Assembly: GCF_006345805.1 (NCBI RefSeq)
Contig: NC_042997.1
Location: 109,616,001 to 109,680,000 of the forward strand
Direction of reading: 5' to 3'
DNA from: Octopus sinensis
Taxonomy: Eukaryota
DNA length: 64,000 nt
Shown here: piece after piece, positions 1 through 13,039 of the stretch
How the letters are laid out: each line of letters begins with the position of its first letter
How positions within the stretch are numbered: position 1 is the stretch's first letter
Translations under genes and position numbers: made by a program
Notes under the pieces: generated by a model
Seen by the model: the letters and a program-made list of their open reading frames with translations, nothing else
Database searches by the model: none
Told to the model about the DNA's origin: nothing

Positions 1-1811
1 CTTTTAAAACTTGTCTTTGTTTTTCGCTGTTTTCTGAGATATAACATGGAATGGCCACTCATAGAATTCAGGAATAAATATAAGAAGATGAAGCGCTAAG
101 AAGGTAGGAAGTCAGTTTTGTCATTCTTATAAATCATTTTCATCTCTCACAATAGAATATGGTTGATAAAACTGAATTTTATTTCCCCCAAGTGATCGAA
201 ACTTAATCTATTAATGATTTATCGGCAAAATAAAATAACTTTATCAGAATTCAAGATGGAAACAATAAAATGGCGAATAATAAGTAAAAAAAGAAAAAAA
301 AACTTATTAGTTTACTCCCGCATGAAAACGGTTCATTCGTTATACTGAAAGAGCGATGCATTCGGTAGAATTGGTTGAGCATCAGAAAAATATACCTTGT
401 GTATTTTGTTATTTTTTTTTTTTATATTGAGAGTTAGAACCTTGTTCTGGTTAACATTCCCTTTCACCATAGTAAGCGTGACAAGATAGAGTAACAAGCC
501 GACCAGTGGAGATGGTCATATCAGTTCCCTGCCCTAAATCTGTGCCATTGTGCAAAAGTGAAGAAGCAATATTGCAATCAGCAAATTCCTCATTACTAAA
601 CGACGACAGAATAGAGGTGTAAATATAATCCCAGCATATTAATAATATCGTGTACAGGGTCCAAATTTGTTGCTGAGTAGTGGTTCATACGTCTCGATAA
701 CCTTCAGAGGTAAGGCAGCGGAGCACAAGCCCCTCGTACGGCCTTTCCTGCTAAACAGGTCAAAGGGCAGAGGCCAGGCTAGTAGGGACTACCTCTTCTC
801 AGATGTAAAAAATGGGTTTCGGTAGGACAAGCACCCTTACATAGATAAAAAGCAAAGATACAGTAACCTCGATGACAATCGAAAACCAACAAGAACCGGG
901 AGATGAAAGCTTTCCTTCGGGGATGGCAGGATATAGGGCAGAGCTGGGCAGCAGGGTTTAACAGCAGAGTTGCAGAAAATGACATCACAGAGCCAAGAGC
1001 AAGTAAAAGTTGTTGATGGCTAAAGCTCGACAAGGAGCAGAAGGCCTCAGTAAGTATATTGAGAACAATGGGGACCCTTCCACGACAACATATGGATCAA
1101 ACATACCTAGAATATTATCAACAATATATTTCTTACAGCAGCACCATCTGGAGCAATAACACCACTAATGCAAAACTAATAGGATGACCAGCTAGAAATA
1201 GCAGCTAATTCTCCCTCTGCTATCAACTCACTGACTTCAAAAAGAAAGGAATGTCTGTCATTGTAGTCCTAGATGAACGAAAAAAACAACTTAGCCATGG
1301 TTGGGGCTAACATATTACAACAGCAACAAGAATAAAGAGCTAATGGAAGAGATTCTAGGCGAGCATTCGAAATGCTAGAAAGAGCATCCAATCCTGTTGT
1401 GTGTCACTTCTACTTCACAAAAAGAAACTCAGACGCACACAGATACACACACGCAGACTCACATAAATTAACACACATTAACACATATTAACATGCTCTT
1501 GGATGCAAAAAGAAAAAATGACGGCATGGTTAGGTCAGGGAAAGTATACGCGATAAGTTCTGACATGGGGCTCAACAACAACAGCAACAACAACAACAAT
1601 AACTAAAGCGTATATTCATCTATAAACTGGGGAGCTGTCGTTAAACTGACACCGTGAAGCCGGTTTCAATTACCAGCTGAAATTAATTCTCCTCAATTAT
1701 GCTGCTGAGGCTCTTGGGAAACGGCATGGACTTTAGAATTGCAATTTCCTCCTCGACAAAATAGAGAACTAAGCAAAAATAAACACGCGCGCGCAACACC
1801 ACACAAACGCG

Positions 1812-1812
1812 C

Positions 1813-1868
<56 letters not shown>

Positions 1869-2080
1869 AATGCATGTAATAAATACATATACACATATGT
1901 ATACATACACACACGCACACATATATATATAATTATACATATATATATATATGTATTTGTGTATGCATATATACATATATGTATATATATATATATATAC
2001 ACATATATACATGTATGTATATATATATATACATACATGTATATATATGTATACATATATATACACACTCATACATATAT
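1812..2080. repeat. Compound (TA)n/(CA)n/(TG)n microsatellite; representative of many such tracts (e.g. 14155-14340, 14760-15520, 40620-40850, 47340-47790)
   Basis: Directly visible dinucleotide runs; they produce the [12 protein letters not shown] pseudo-ORFs in the track. Confidence 0.95.
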
Positions 2081-2464
2081 ACATGTATACATCTGCTTTT
2101 ATTAGGTACGTGTGTTTTAACAGCGACATATTACTTGGTTTTCTTTCTTTTTTTTTGTCCACCATTTTCGTCTTACGTCGACTAAAATAGAGAAAGGGTG
2201 AATTCAGACATTTTAATTCTTCCATTGAGAGGACGTTACGTGCCAGACACTCGCTTCCATTACTAACGATTAGTGGAAATTTATGATCGATATTTTTACA
2301 ATAATGCCAATGGCGAAAGTAAAATCCGAAATGCGTTCCTAGCTTCTCTATCTAAACAAACTTCTAATTGGTTCTTTATGTGTTAGATGTGGTAAAAGAC
2401 AACGAAGAATAAATAGCAAACACAAACGCCAAACGGATAATCCCTGTCACAAAAGATGCACACA

Positions 2465-2504
<40 letters not shown>

Positions 2505-2742
2505 TACCGAAGCGCGTGCCCCAGACACTCATACATACACATACATACATACATGAATACATGAATACATACATACAATACATATATACATACATACATA
2601 CATACCCATACATGACATACATACATACATACACACACATACATGCATGTTGTGTTGAAATCCAACAAATCCTTTCTAAGTGAGACAGCTCAGCTTAATC
2701 TCTTAAATAATAATAATAATATTAATAATAATAATAATGATA

Positions 2743-2807
<65 letters not shown>

Positions 2808-2809
<2 letters not shown>

Positions 2810-3367
2810 CTACATACATTGGAAGCTATGCCAACATTATGGAATAACAACAGAAAAAAGATGGTATAGGCACACACCAGAAAAGGTCACAGAAAATGAG
2901 AAAGCAACCATACTCTGGGATATGCCGATACACACAGATAGAGAAATTAAGGCCAACAGACCAGATATAGTTGTCAGAGATGATGAAGAAAAAAAATGCT
3001 TTCTAATTGATGTATCAATACCGGCAGATGACAACGTATCTCTAAAAGAAATGGAGAAACTCTCAAAATACAAAGACCTGGAATAGAGATAACTAGAATG
3101 TGGAACCTGAAAACAGAAACAATTCCTATCATAGTAGTGCATTAGGCATGATAAAAATATTCAGACAAATATACAAAAACACCAGGACTTACAAACACAT
3201 ATAACATACAGAAAATTGCACTACTAGGCACTGCACACATCCTACGCAGAACACTTTCCATACAATAACCACCATCAGAGCATCACAACAAATCACAGCA
3301 CATACCCAAGGCACACAGAGCTGCGCTCGGTATTGAAGTGAAAGCACGCTATAAATAAAAACTACTG
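2808..3367 (+). mobile_element. 5'-truncated R4/Dong-like RLE non-LTR retrotransposon (family A), 3' end, inside (TAA)n
   Basis: Translates WKLCQHYG...ILWDMPIHTDREIKANRPDIVV...FLIDVSIP...EKLSKYKDLE (PD-x-D restriction-like endonuclease). 3' UTR ends gtgaaagcacgctataaataaaaactact. (TAA)n on both sides. Near-identical to 10990-11564. Confidence 0.9.
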
Positions 3368-3408
3368 AATAATAATATACTAATAATAATAATAATAATA
3401 ATAATAAT

Positions 3409-3453
<45 letters not shown>

Positions 3454-3455
<2 letters not shown>

Positions 3456-3778
3456 AATTGCAAGACTGTGGGCAACGAGGAGGGTAACTGCTATCCTCGT
3501 AGTTGCAGGGGCACTCGGAGCACTAACAACTAAGTTCGAGAAATATGTCAGAGAAATTAGAATTGACATGAACGCAGAGCAGGTCCCCAAAAACTGTCCT
3601 ATTGGGGACAGCTAGGATTTTGAGATTGGTACTTGGGTGTTGACTGTCCTCCACAATGAGTTAACATCCAAGTACCAAAGCTTATAATTTGCGGAAAGAA
3701 ACCCTGTTAAACCTCTGATAACAAGTTGCTGTCCACTCTCACAGAATCAACGAGAGCAAGTAAGACCGAGAGTTCTTA

Positions 3779-3779
<1 letters not shown>
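3454..3779 (+). mobile_element. R4/Dong-like RLE element, extreme 3' fragment (family C), flanked by (TAA)n
   Basis: Approximate translation EIARLWATRRVTAILVVAGALGALTTKFEKYVREI...V(Q)KTVLLGTARILRLVLGC*, the conserved GALG...LLGTA.IL C-terminus; distinct 3' UTR; TAA arrays at both ends. Confidence 0.8.
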
Positions 3780-3861
<82 letters not shown>

Positions 3862-4744
3862 AATGATCGTCATCACCATCATTAAAGCTGGAGTTGGCGT
3901 AATTGTGAACGCGTCGGACAAAATGCTTAGCGGCATTTCTTCCGGCGATGTACATCCTCAATTCAACTCCTACGGATTCGGACTTGACCATTCATTCACT
4001 TGGATGGATGAAGTGAGACTCTTGAAATAGAAATTACCTCTTACAAGATTCCTTGAATAAAGAACAAGAAGATGAAGACGGAAATAATTTAGGCTTTGAT
4101 CATAGGTCAACTGGATTAAGGTTGACCTGGGGCTAAAGAAAAATAAGAACAACCTCAGCTACGGTGGCAGCAAAACAACAATAACAGTAACAAGTAAATA
4201 ATAACTACAAAAACAACTCTAGCTACGGAAATAACAACAACAAAGACCGTACCAGTATTTATACCACGGTTCAATGTGTGCGAACATCAGAAGAATTAAT
4301 AGACACAAGGGTCAATAGATTTGCCTGACGTCGTGGAGAAATCTCTCTGGAATGTGATCCAGAGAATTTATATTTAGGCTGGGAGGAAATATTCAAGGAT
4401 CAAAACGATAAGAGAGAAAAAAAACTACAGAGAAACAAAACAATTAGAATTAATTAGAAGTCATAAGTTGATGTATTATGATGTGAAGAAGTTAGACGTT
4501 TCGATCGGTAGTTCTTTGCCAGAAAAAGGAAATGGTGTGTGATGAGGAGGGGTGGTTAAGAACAAAGAGAATTAGGGAAGCGATATTGAGAGGAAGCAAC
4601 AAAACTTTTATGAATTACATTAAAACCGATTACAGCAATAGTAAATCACCATCAAGAACAACAAGGGCAGCACTGTCGTCGTTGTTGTTGTTATTATCAT
4701 CATCATCGTCATCATTTTCTGATTGATTTGCATTTTATTTCATC

Positions 4745-4935
4745 TTCTGTCCGGGTTTCAAACAGTGACCTAAGTAAGGCCTGTATACAATTAGACAAAG
4801 AGAAACTTCCCGAGAATGTGGGTGGTTGTCTGTCAACACGAGTTTTTGAATCTCACTGATTGTTGGTTTCTCAGAGATATGGTCAAAATATTTGTCAGCA
4901 CCTTTCTTGATCATTCCCAGAGCACTATTGCTATT
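4745..4935 (-). mobile_element. R4/Dong-like RLE element 3' fragment (family D)
   Basis: Reverse strand gives approximately ALGMIKKGADKYFDHISEKPTISEIQKLVLT..THIL, followed by a UTR; its 5' truncation abuts (TAA)n on its own strand (plus-strand TTA array at 4935-5005). Confidence 0.65.
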
Positions 4936-4971
4936 ATATTATTATTTCTATTATTATTATTATTATTATTA

Positions 4972-5007
<36 letters not shown>

Positions 5008-5755
5008 CAGCATTGATGGTACAAATTTCATGAAAATGCACTCTCAAAGAAATTAAGACGAGTATATGACTGGTACTTATGCTTTTGAAGTCAAAACATA
5101 AAAAATGATAGCTCATTACTCCCAAATATTTTGTTGGTCAAAAAGTGTTTTTGTAAGAACAGCAATAAACGAAACAGACAGCAACGATAACAACAACAAC
5201 AACAAATTATATTGTCAATGTTAATTTTCAAAGGTGTAAAGTATGCAATCCTCAAAACAGCACCAAATGCTCAAAATAGCAGGAAATATTGGTAGAAAAG
5301 AATCGCATCAATTCTCTGGTGGGGTAGATGGAGAACTAATCATTATTCTTAGACACGTTGTTTACCTTTTCCAACCGCAAGACAACGCTGTTTTGCCGTC
5401 ATGATTTAAACATTTTGTAAAACAGTTATCCTGTAAATTCAATAGAAATATGACCCAAAGCAGGGGATTTCAATGCAAATAAGCTCAACCTGAAAATCCG
5501 GAAGTCGTGATAATGTTAAAATAATCTTTTATTGACTTAGTGTTTTCTTTTTTGTTTGGTTTGTTGTTGTTGTTTTTTTACCATTTCCATTGATTGTCGT
5601 CCGGTGCCAAAGTCTGAAGCCTTAACCATGAGGTGTTCAGAGTTAATATTGATTTCTTGCCTTCGGTCTGCATTCTGGGCATTTCACACACAGAGTACGC
5701 GTCCCAGGCTAATGCCAGAGACATTTTAAAGGATTAATTATAAAAATAATGATTT

Positions 5756-5794
<39 letters not shown>

Positions 5795-5933
5795 CACTTC
5801 TATAATAATAATGATAATAATAATAATAATATGAATAATTAATAATATAATGATAATAATAATAACAATAATAATAATAATAATAATTAATAAGATAATA
5901 ATAATAATAATAATATAATAATAATAATATAAA

Positions 5934-5964
<31 letters not shown>

Positions 5965-6161
5965 TAATAATAATATAATAATAATAATAATAATAATATA
6001 ATAATAATGATAAAATGGGCTACAATAAGGGTAGAGCACTTGCAGAAAACAGCACATACTCCGGTTGGTGTTCGAAAAGCAAGGGGTGCTACCTTAGTTC
6101 CCCGGTAGTGAACAGCTGACATCGTAGTACATTTCCAGCATTAGAAGCTGTGCAAAGGCAA

Positions 6162-6358
6162 TGACAAGAAGAAGAAGAAGAGAAGAAGAAGAAGAAGAAG
6201 AAGAAGAAGAAGAAGAAGAAGAAGAAGAAGAAAAAGAAGAAAAAGAAGAAGAAGAAGAAGAAGAAGAAGAAGAAGAAGAAGAAGAAGAAGAAGAAGAAGA
6301 AGAAGAAGAAGAAGAAGAAGAAGAAGAAGAAGAAGAAGAAGAAGAAGAAGAAGAAGAA
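6162..6358. repeat. (GAA)n microsatellite (others at 10432-10627 and 42772-42934)
   Basis: Pure trinucleotide run; source of the poly-E/poly-S ORFs. Confidence 0.95.
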
Positions 6359-6857
6359 AACTGCATCAGGTCACACGACCTGGGAAGAACAAGATTACTC
6401 TTAAGCACAACTACCTTCAGGTCACCGTTGGGCAAAAATGTAGTGCCTTTAAGCCCACCCTGAGACCTAGAAATACCTGGTTGTCATCTGGTGGGAATAA
6501 GCCTGTATCATGCATTTTTCGGCAACCCCTCTACAGCCACCTCAGCACCAAAATTCTCAGGAGTGAAAATGTCAAATACAAAGATATCAAACAATGGATT
6601 GAGCGGGACTTGCACTTAAAACAGTGTACACAGAGGTAGGTGTAGACTCTCAGACCTTGGCTATCAACCCACTTAGTGATGGTATCACGATAAAAATACT
6701 GGCGATTGCACAACCTTATAAATGCTATCTCTCAATGAGTGATGTCAGAATTAAATAAAAACCACAACTGCGCTAACGGGACTAAAACTGTTAACAATGA
6801 AGTTGTGGCGCACGGCAGGCAGGGAGAATCTGACCAAGCTCTGGTAGGTCGTCATCA

Positions 6858-7160
6858 GTGGAGGCACATGGCCTAGTGGTTAGAGCAGCGGACTCGCGGT
6901 CGAGAGATCACAGGTTCGAATCTCAGACCGGGCGATGTGTGTGTTTATGAGCGCAACACCTAAGCTCCACGCGGCTCCGGCAGAAGGTAATGACGAACTT
7001 CTGCTGCCTCTTTCACCACAACTTTCTCTCACTCTTTCCACTTGCATCTTGCAGCTCACCTGCGACGGACCGGCGTCCTGTCCAAATGGGGAACTTATAC
7101 GACAAGGAAACCGGGAAACCAGCCCTTATGAGCCAGGTGTTGCTCGAGAAGGAACAAACA
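6858..7160 (+). mobile_element. tRNA-derived SINE with a V-SINE-like central domain
   Basis: A box tggcctagtgg, B box ggttcgaatct; core acctgcgacggaccggcgtcctgtcc...ggaaaccggg resembles the V domain; 12 bp TSD aggtcgtcatca (6846-6857) / aggtcgccatca (7161-7172). Confidence 0.75.
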
Positions 7161-7506
7161 AGGTCGCCATCAAGCTATTGATTAGGAACAAAATCGCAGT
7201 CAAAAGAGAAAAAGAATGAAATGGGAATAGGATGTAAACAAAATAGTAATTAGATTGCTGGCTGAGAAGTGAGCCAAATAAAAGAGGTTTCTTGAATCGA
7301 ACGACGAAAATATGGGATGAAAAAGGAGGTTGTGAAGCATCCGCTGAGCGACTGATAGACCAAGGTTTCAGAGAAGCATAATAAAAAGAGCAGAAGGAGA
7401 TAGACAGAGCAGTAATGAAGGGATAAGATATGAAGGATATGAAACATTTGGAAACCGCAGAGTACCAGAGAATACTGATAAAGTAACTAATTAAGATGAT
7501 CTAGGT

Positions 7507-7857
7507 CAGGGGCTCTCAAGCAGTGTCCCTATGACCCTGAGGGTTCATAAAAAGTTTGGGGGGAGGAGGGGTCAACACAACAAAATAGTAAATTGGGGAC
7601 CCAAAATAAAATTTTAAGGCCCCTAAAATCTTTTGTTTTAGATGTATGCATTGGTATGTATGGCAAGAAACAGGTTTCTTTCTCAGACATTTTGCAAACT
7701 TCAACCTACACAACTTGATGATTGAAAAATAAAATAGGACTTTTGGAAGAAGTATCTATAAAACTAGTTTATAAACATCGAATGACTATAGGGGTCCACC
7801 AGAGTAAAATAGTAATCAAAGGGGTCCACAGATCCAAAAATTGGTTGAGAACCACTG
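7507..7857. mobile_element. hAT (Charlie-like) MITE
   Basis: Termini caggggctctcaa ... ggttgagaaccactg; 8 bp TSD atctaggt/atctagat with central TA. Confidence 0.85.
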
Positions 7858-9014
7858 ATCTAGATGGACAAGTGACAGTAAGCACTGCACAAGACTTGAA
7901 TGATGACGAGAAGGAAGTTTTGGAAATGTTGCGAGGTAAAATGTCTGATGGAAACAATGAGGTACCTCGAAATGTAAGATGTGTGGACAGAAAACATGTG
8001 AGGAAAATCACACGGCAAAATAGATGACATTTTAAGTTTGATTAAAACAGAAAACGTCAGGGAAACAAACCAGCCAATCACAGTTGCTACTAACGTCGTA
8101 GCTAACATAGCAAACTACAAACGAAAAACGGAGGATATAAAAGCCAATGAAAAGAAAGAACCAAAGTGGAGGAAGAGAATAGGAATGAAGAAGGAAAAGA
8201 TACGACAAGAACTGGGGTAAATGAATAGAATAATGAGAGGAGAGCTCAAGGATAAAGTAGCAATTAGAAAATTGAATGGAGAGTACAGGTTAGAAGAAAG
8301 GGGAAAACAAACTAATGAAGAATTGACACAAACGGTGACAAGATTAAAGGCCAAATTAAAAAGATATGATGCTACATGCTAAGGTTTCGGACAGAATAGA
8401 CTGTTGCAATCAAATAGAAGACGTCTGTCTGAGGAAATAGAAGGAGATCAAGGAAGTGGTTCCAGATGCAAAAGTAAAGAATTTGGTGGAATGCTGTGGG
8501 ACAAGCTGGCGAAACATAAAGAAAGCGTGGAGTGGCTAACAAAGGTGAAAAGACAACTTGAAACTGTACCAAGGCAAAAGGATGTCAGAATTAATCTATA
8601 TACAGCGAGACAGAAGTTTTAAAAAAATAGCAAATTGTAAAGGACCAGGCCCGGGTGGAGCACAAGGATATTGACTGAAGAACTTTACAGGGTTGCAGCA
8701 AGGATCATCATCTTCATCACCATCATTAATTACCGGAAAAGAAATGAAATTTTGCCTATGATGTCATGCGTCCAAGGTGCATGAAATAAAGAACAGCGAT
8801 ATATTATGGAATCATACACATAAATATTCAAGCATATGTACATACGCACTAACAAGCATACACACAATAGCATACACTGACACACAGACTGTCTCACTTT
8901 CTCTCTCAATTTCTCTCTCTCTTTCTCTCTCTCTCACACACACACACACATTCACATAACCTATTTCTTTACTACCCACAAGGGACCGAACACAGAGAAC
9001 AAACAGGGACAGAC

Positions 9015-9188
9015 ACACGGATTAAGTCGATTAGATCGACCCAAGTGTGTAACTGGTACTTTTCGACCCCGAAAGGGTGAAAAGCAAAGTCGACCTCGGC
9101 GGAATTTGAACTCAAAATGTAACGGCAGACGAAATACGGCTACACATTTCGCCTGGCGTGCTAACGTTTCTGCCAGCTCGCCGCCTTT
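9015..9188 (-). mobile_element. Octopus OR1-like tRNA-derived SINE (other copies ~3885-4005+, 12300-12395-, 16430-16600-, 33885-34075-, 37370-37560-, 37770-37985-, 40030-40200-, 49750-49860-, 53836-54040+, 55280-55430+)
   Basis: Recurrent motifs aaggcggcgagctggcagaa.cgttagc and gagttcaaattccgccgaggtcgactttgc (B-box-like), plus the taagtaccagt...gtcgat tail, seen more than 10 times in the window; the family name is from memory. Confidence 0.75.
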
Positions 9189-9723
9189 ACACACTCACAT
9201 AACCGTCAGCTCAGTATGTTTCCCTCTAGTCAAAACGATGTTGGTTATTTACGAAACATGTAGAGAATATAGTTATTTCTCCAAGAGTCGCCATCTTACT
9301 TCAAAATCAGGACAAATATTTATTGATTGTGTTATCGGCATCGAATATTGACATGTGAAATATTTCAATTTTCCGAAGAACCATTCCACTATGCGCGATA
9401 ACAGAAACGTGATGCCATGGCGTCAAGGGATTCCTGTTATCGCAACATGGGCCTTTTAATATTCTACCATTTCTTATTTCTCCTGTGATCCGTGTTGTCT
9501 GAGTGCCTCACTGGATTTGGATTATAATCCCGTCGTATTTCTGATTAAATCAAGATCTCAGGTATTTCATGGATAATTGTTCTTTATTCTTCAAGTGAAT
9601 CAGTTTCTGTGTTCTTGTGTATCGCTTTATTGGTGCAGATTATTCTTGTTCAACGTTGCTGACACCGAAAGAGTCCATTATTCACGCTCCATTGATGGCA
9701 AGACTCATTGCTTCCGTAGAGGA

Positions 9724-9724
9724 A

Positions 9725-9789
<65 letters not shown>

Positions 9790-9825
9790 TTAATAATAAT
9801 AATAATAATAACAATAATAATAATA

Positions 9826-9860
<35 letters not shown>

Positions 9861-9885
9861 TAATAATAATAATAATAATGATAGC

Positions 9886-9919
<34 letters not shown>

Positions 9920-9962
9920 TAATAATAATAATAATAATAACAATAATAATAATAATAATAAC

Positions 9963-10030
<68 letters not shown>
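9724..10030. repeat. (TAA)n microsatellite
   Basis: Direct observation; sits immediately 5' of the family A element. Confidence 0.95.
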
Positions 10031-10031
<1 letters not shown>

Positions 10032-11564
10032 GTTAGATCAATACTAAAAACAGAGCTCAATGCTAAAGACAAGATAATAGGTATTAACACTTTAGCCGTC
10101 CCAGTTATAAGTTACAGCTACAATATCCTTAACTGGACGCTAAATGAACTAACCAAAACAGATAGGAAAACAAGAAATATAATAACAGGATCTAGGATGC
10201 ATAACCAAAATCTGACATAGAAAGGCTATATATACGACGTATAGAAGGTGGTAGAGGCCTTATAAAGCTGGAAAACTACTATAAAATAACCACCATAGGA
10301 CTGCAAAAATACCTACTTCAGAAGCAAGGAAAACTGATACAAATAGCGGCAAAACACGAGCAAAACAAAAATTGTTCTCAGTATTTAAGGAAGCTGACAA
10401 ATACAAACAAAAATCATATCACCTAACAATATGAAGAAGAAGAAGAAGAAGAAAAAAGAAGACTAAGAAGAAGAAGAAGAATAAGAAGAAGAAGAAAGAA
10501 GAAGAAGAAGAAGAGGAAAAAGAAAAGGAAGAAGAAGAAGAAGAAGAAGAAGAAGAAGAAGAAGAAGAAGAAGAAGAAGAAGAAGAAGAAGAAGAAGAAG
10601 AAGAAGAAGAAGAAGAAGAAGAAGAAAAAACACAACAAAAGCTATGAGCAAATGAAATCAAAACTAAATCTAGAACAGCAACGGACCATGATAAAACGAT
10701 GGCAAGAAAAGCCCCTTCATGGCAAGTACTGGACTAAACTAAATGCAAAAGAAATAGACAAAGAAAAATCCCAGCAATGATTGAGAAGCTCAGGACTCAA
10801 AGCAGAGACAGAGGGATTTTTAATTGCAGCACAAGACCAAAGCCTCCCCACCAGAAATTACCAAAAACATGTAATGAAATGAAATATAACAAGTAACTGC
10901 AGAATATGTGGAGATGGACAAAAACAATATCTCATATTATCTCTGGCTGCACAGTCCTGGCTAAGAAGGAATATATTCACAGACACGACAGAGTTGGGAC
11001 CTACATACCCTGGAAGCTATGCCAATATTATGGAATAACAACAGAAAAAAGATGGTATAGGCAAACACCAGAAAAGGTCACAGAAAACGAGAAAGCAGCC
11101 ATACTCTGGGATATGCCAATACACACAGATAGAGAAATTAAGGCCAACAGACCAGATATAGTTGTTAGAGATCATGAAGAAAAAAAAATGCTTTCTAATT
11201 GATGCATCAATACCAGCAGATGACAACGTGTCTCTAAAAGAAATGGAGAAGCTTTCAAAATACAAAGACCTGGAAATAGAGGTAACTAGAATGTGGAATC
11301 TAAAAACAGAAACAATTCCTATCATAGTAGGTGCATTAGGCATGATAAAAAAATATTCAGACAAATACATAACAAAAACACCAGGACTTACAAACACATA
11401 TAACATACAGAAAATTGCATTACTGGGCACTGCACATATCTTACGCAGAACACTTTCAATACAGTAACCATCAGAGCATCACAACAAATCATAGCACATA
11501 CCCAAGGCACACAGAACTGCGCTCGGTAGTGAAGTGAAAGCACGCTATAAAAATAAAACTACTC
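10031..11564 (+). mobile_element. 5'-truncated R4/Dong-like element (family A): RT thumb, CCHC knuckle and RLE endonuclease, with an internal (GAA)n tract
   Basis: ILKTELNAKDKIIGINTLAVPVISYS..RLYIRRIEGGRGL; LHGKYW..GLKAETEGFLIAAQDQSL; CRICG..ETISHIISGC; NRPDIVV..LIDASIP..KYKDLE..GALG..LLGTAHILRRTL*. Contains frameshifts and stops; (TAA)n at both ends. Confidence 0.92.
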
Positions 11565-11638
11565 AATAATAATAATAATAATAATATAATAATAATAATA
11601 TAATATAATAATAATAATAATAATAATAATATAATATA

Positions 11639-11670
<32 letters not shown>

Positions 11671-11680
11671 TAATAATAAT

Positions 11681-12290
11681 AAAGAGTGTGGAAAATGTGA
11701 CCCACTTGGTAATTGGATGTGAAATCCTTGCACAAAAAGAAAACAAGCGATGCCACGACAAAGTGTGTGTGTATCTTCGTTGGCTCTTATGCCGTAAATA
11801 CCAATATGAAGTAACAGAGAACTGGTATGAGCATGTACCAAGTAAAGTTATGCGGGAGGATGGAAAAGTAACGACACTCTGGGACTATGATTTTCAGACG
11901 GATCGTGTAATCGAACATCGTTGGCCGGATATTGTCATATTGAGTAAGAGAGACAAACTGTCAGATCATTGATGTAGCCTTATCAAACGACATGAATGTT
12001 GTGAGTAAAGAGGTTGAAAAAATCACCAAGGTCTCCGAATTGAAAGTGGAAATGGCAAAACTGTATGGAATGCGAGAGGATAATGTAAATGTGATACCAG
12101 TGATGATCGGAACGTTGGGCTCAATCCCATTGTAACTTCAAGACGTCTTAAGACAACTGGATATCCCATGCAATATTGATGTCTTGCACAAAGCAGCCTT
12201 ATTGGGCACAGCGCACATCTAAAGGAATGTATTATCTGTCTGAGGTCCTCGTTCTGACTAAAGACTCCGGTGCATTTTTACCTACACTGT
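11681..12290 (+). mobile_element. R4/Dong-like RLE element 3' fragment (family B)
   Basis: ENVTHLVIGCEILAQKE..HDKVC..WYEHVP..LWDYDFQTDRVIEHRWPDIVI..IDVA..EKITK..GTLG..ALLGTAHI; starts right after the (TAA)n that ends family A. Confidence 0.85.
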
Positions 12291-12414
12291 GACAGAAGGC
12301 CTGAGAATTTGGGGAGCAGTCAACTGGTACTTAGTTTTATCAACTCCGAAAATATAAAAGGCAGTTTCGACCTCGGCGGAATTTGAACTCAGGACGACGA
12401 CGCGGAGTTAAGAA

Positions 12415-12900
12415 TATACTCGAAACAAAACTAATGGCGGGAATAGGATTAGAGCAATAAATGCATGGGCTACACCAATATTGAGAAAATTTGCTTCCAT
12501 TTCTAAATAGACAATGGCAGGGCCACGAAACTCGGAGAGAAGAACAAGAAAGCTGCTTAAAATGCACAACGCAGACAAGCCGATAAGTAACAACGACAAA
12601 CTCCATATACAAAAAATGAAATGGAAGGAGGCAGACGATCACTACACACAGAAGTCACCATTTGTACTGCAATATTATGGTGGCAAAATTATGTTAAAGA
12701 AAGAATACTGTCGGCTGCCAGAGATACGCAAAAAGTGACCGAAACAGTGGACAATTTTTTTTTAAATGGGAAAACAACAAAACAAACAAATGCAAAGGAA
12801 GGGAATTACATGACCAATTCATGTAACAAATGGGGAAGTTAGGGAGTAAAGAACGATGGACATGGGTGACGGACGGAAACCTGAAATAAGGGACCGAATC
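12415..12900 (+). mobile_element. Degenerate R4/Dong-like RT thumb fragment
   Basis: ILETKLNGGNRIRAINAWATPIL...RTRKLLKMHNA, homologous to the thumb region at 10031-10260. Confidence 0.6.
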
Positions 12901-13039
12901 GCTAATTATAGCCACTTAGGAACAAGTTATTAGATGGAAACTCATAAAATCAAAGAACGACATTGTCTGTAGAGTTTACCTCGGTATTATTGCCAGCCAA
13001 ACCTCACGGCGGCTAAAAACTTTTTAAAAAGCACTAGGG

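Larger units (their letters stand above)
6360..8700 (+). mobile_element. Degenerate 5' half of an R4/Dong-like element (family E), interrupted by a SINE and a hAT MITE
   Basis: Removing the two insertions joins MSELNKNHNC..GRHQ..KRMKW..NKIVIRCWLRSEPNKRGFLNRTTKIWDEKG...KKEPKWRKRI...NRLLQSNRRRL...KGPGPGGAQGY*LKNF. This matches the N-terminal and pre-RT (KAPGPDG-like) region of R4/Dong ORFs, with stops and frameshifts. The 5' UTR boundary is inferred. Confidence 0.7.

Noticed and set aside
700-1420. Purine-rich block that might be a LINE 5' region
   Set aside because: No diagnostic motif recovered in any frame, so left unannotated
1683-2683. Long ORFs rich in [12 protein letters not shown] (also 14766-15529, 20188-22031, 40519-41658, 47304-48591)
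   Set aside because: Translations of dinucleotide and tetranucleotide microsatellites, open in several frames on both strands
6858-6935. tRNA-like sequence with A and B boxes
   Set aside because: No complete cloverleaf; it is the head of a TSD-flanked SINE
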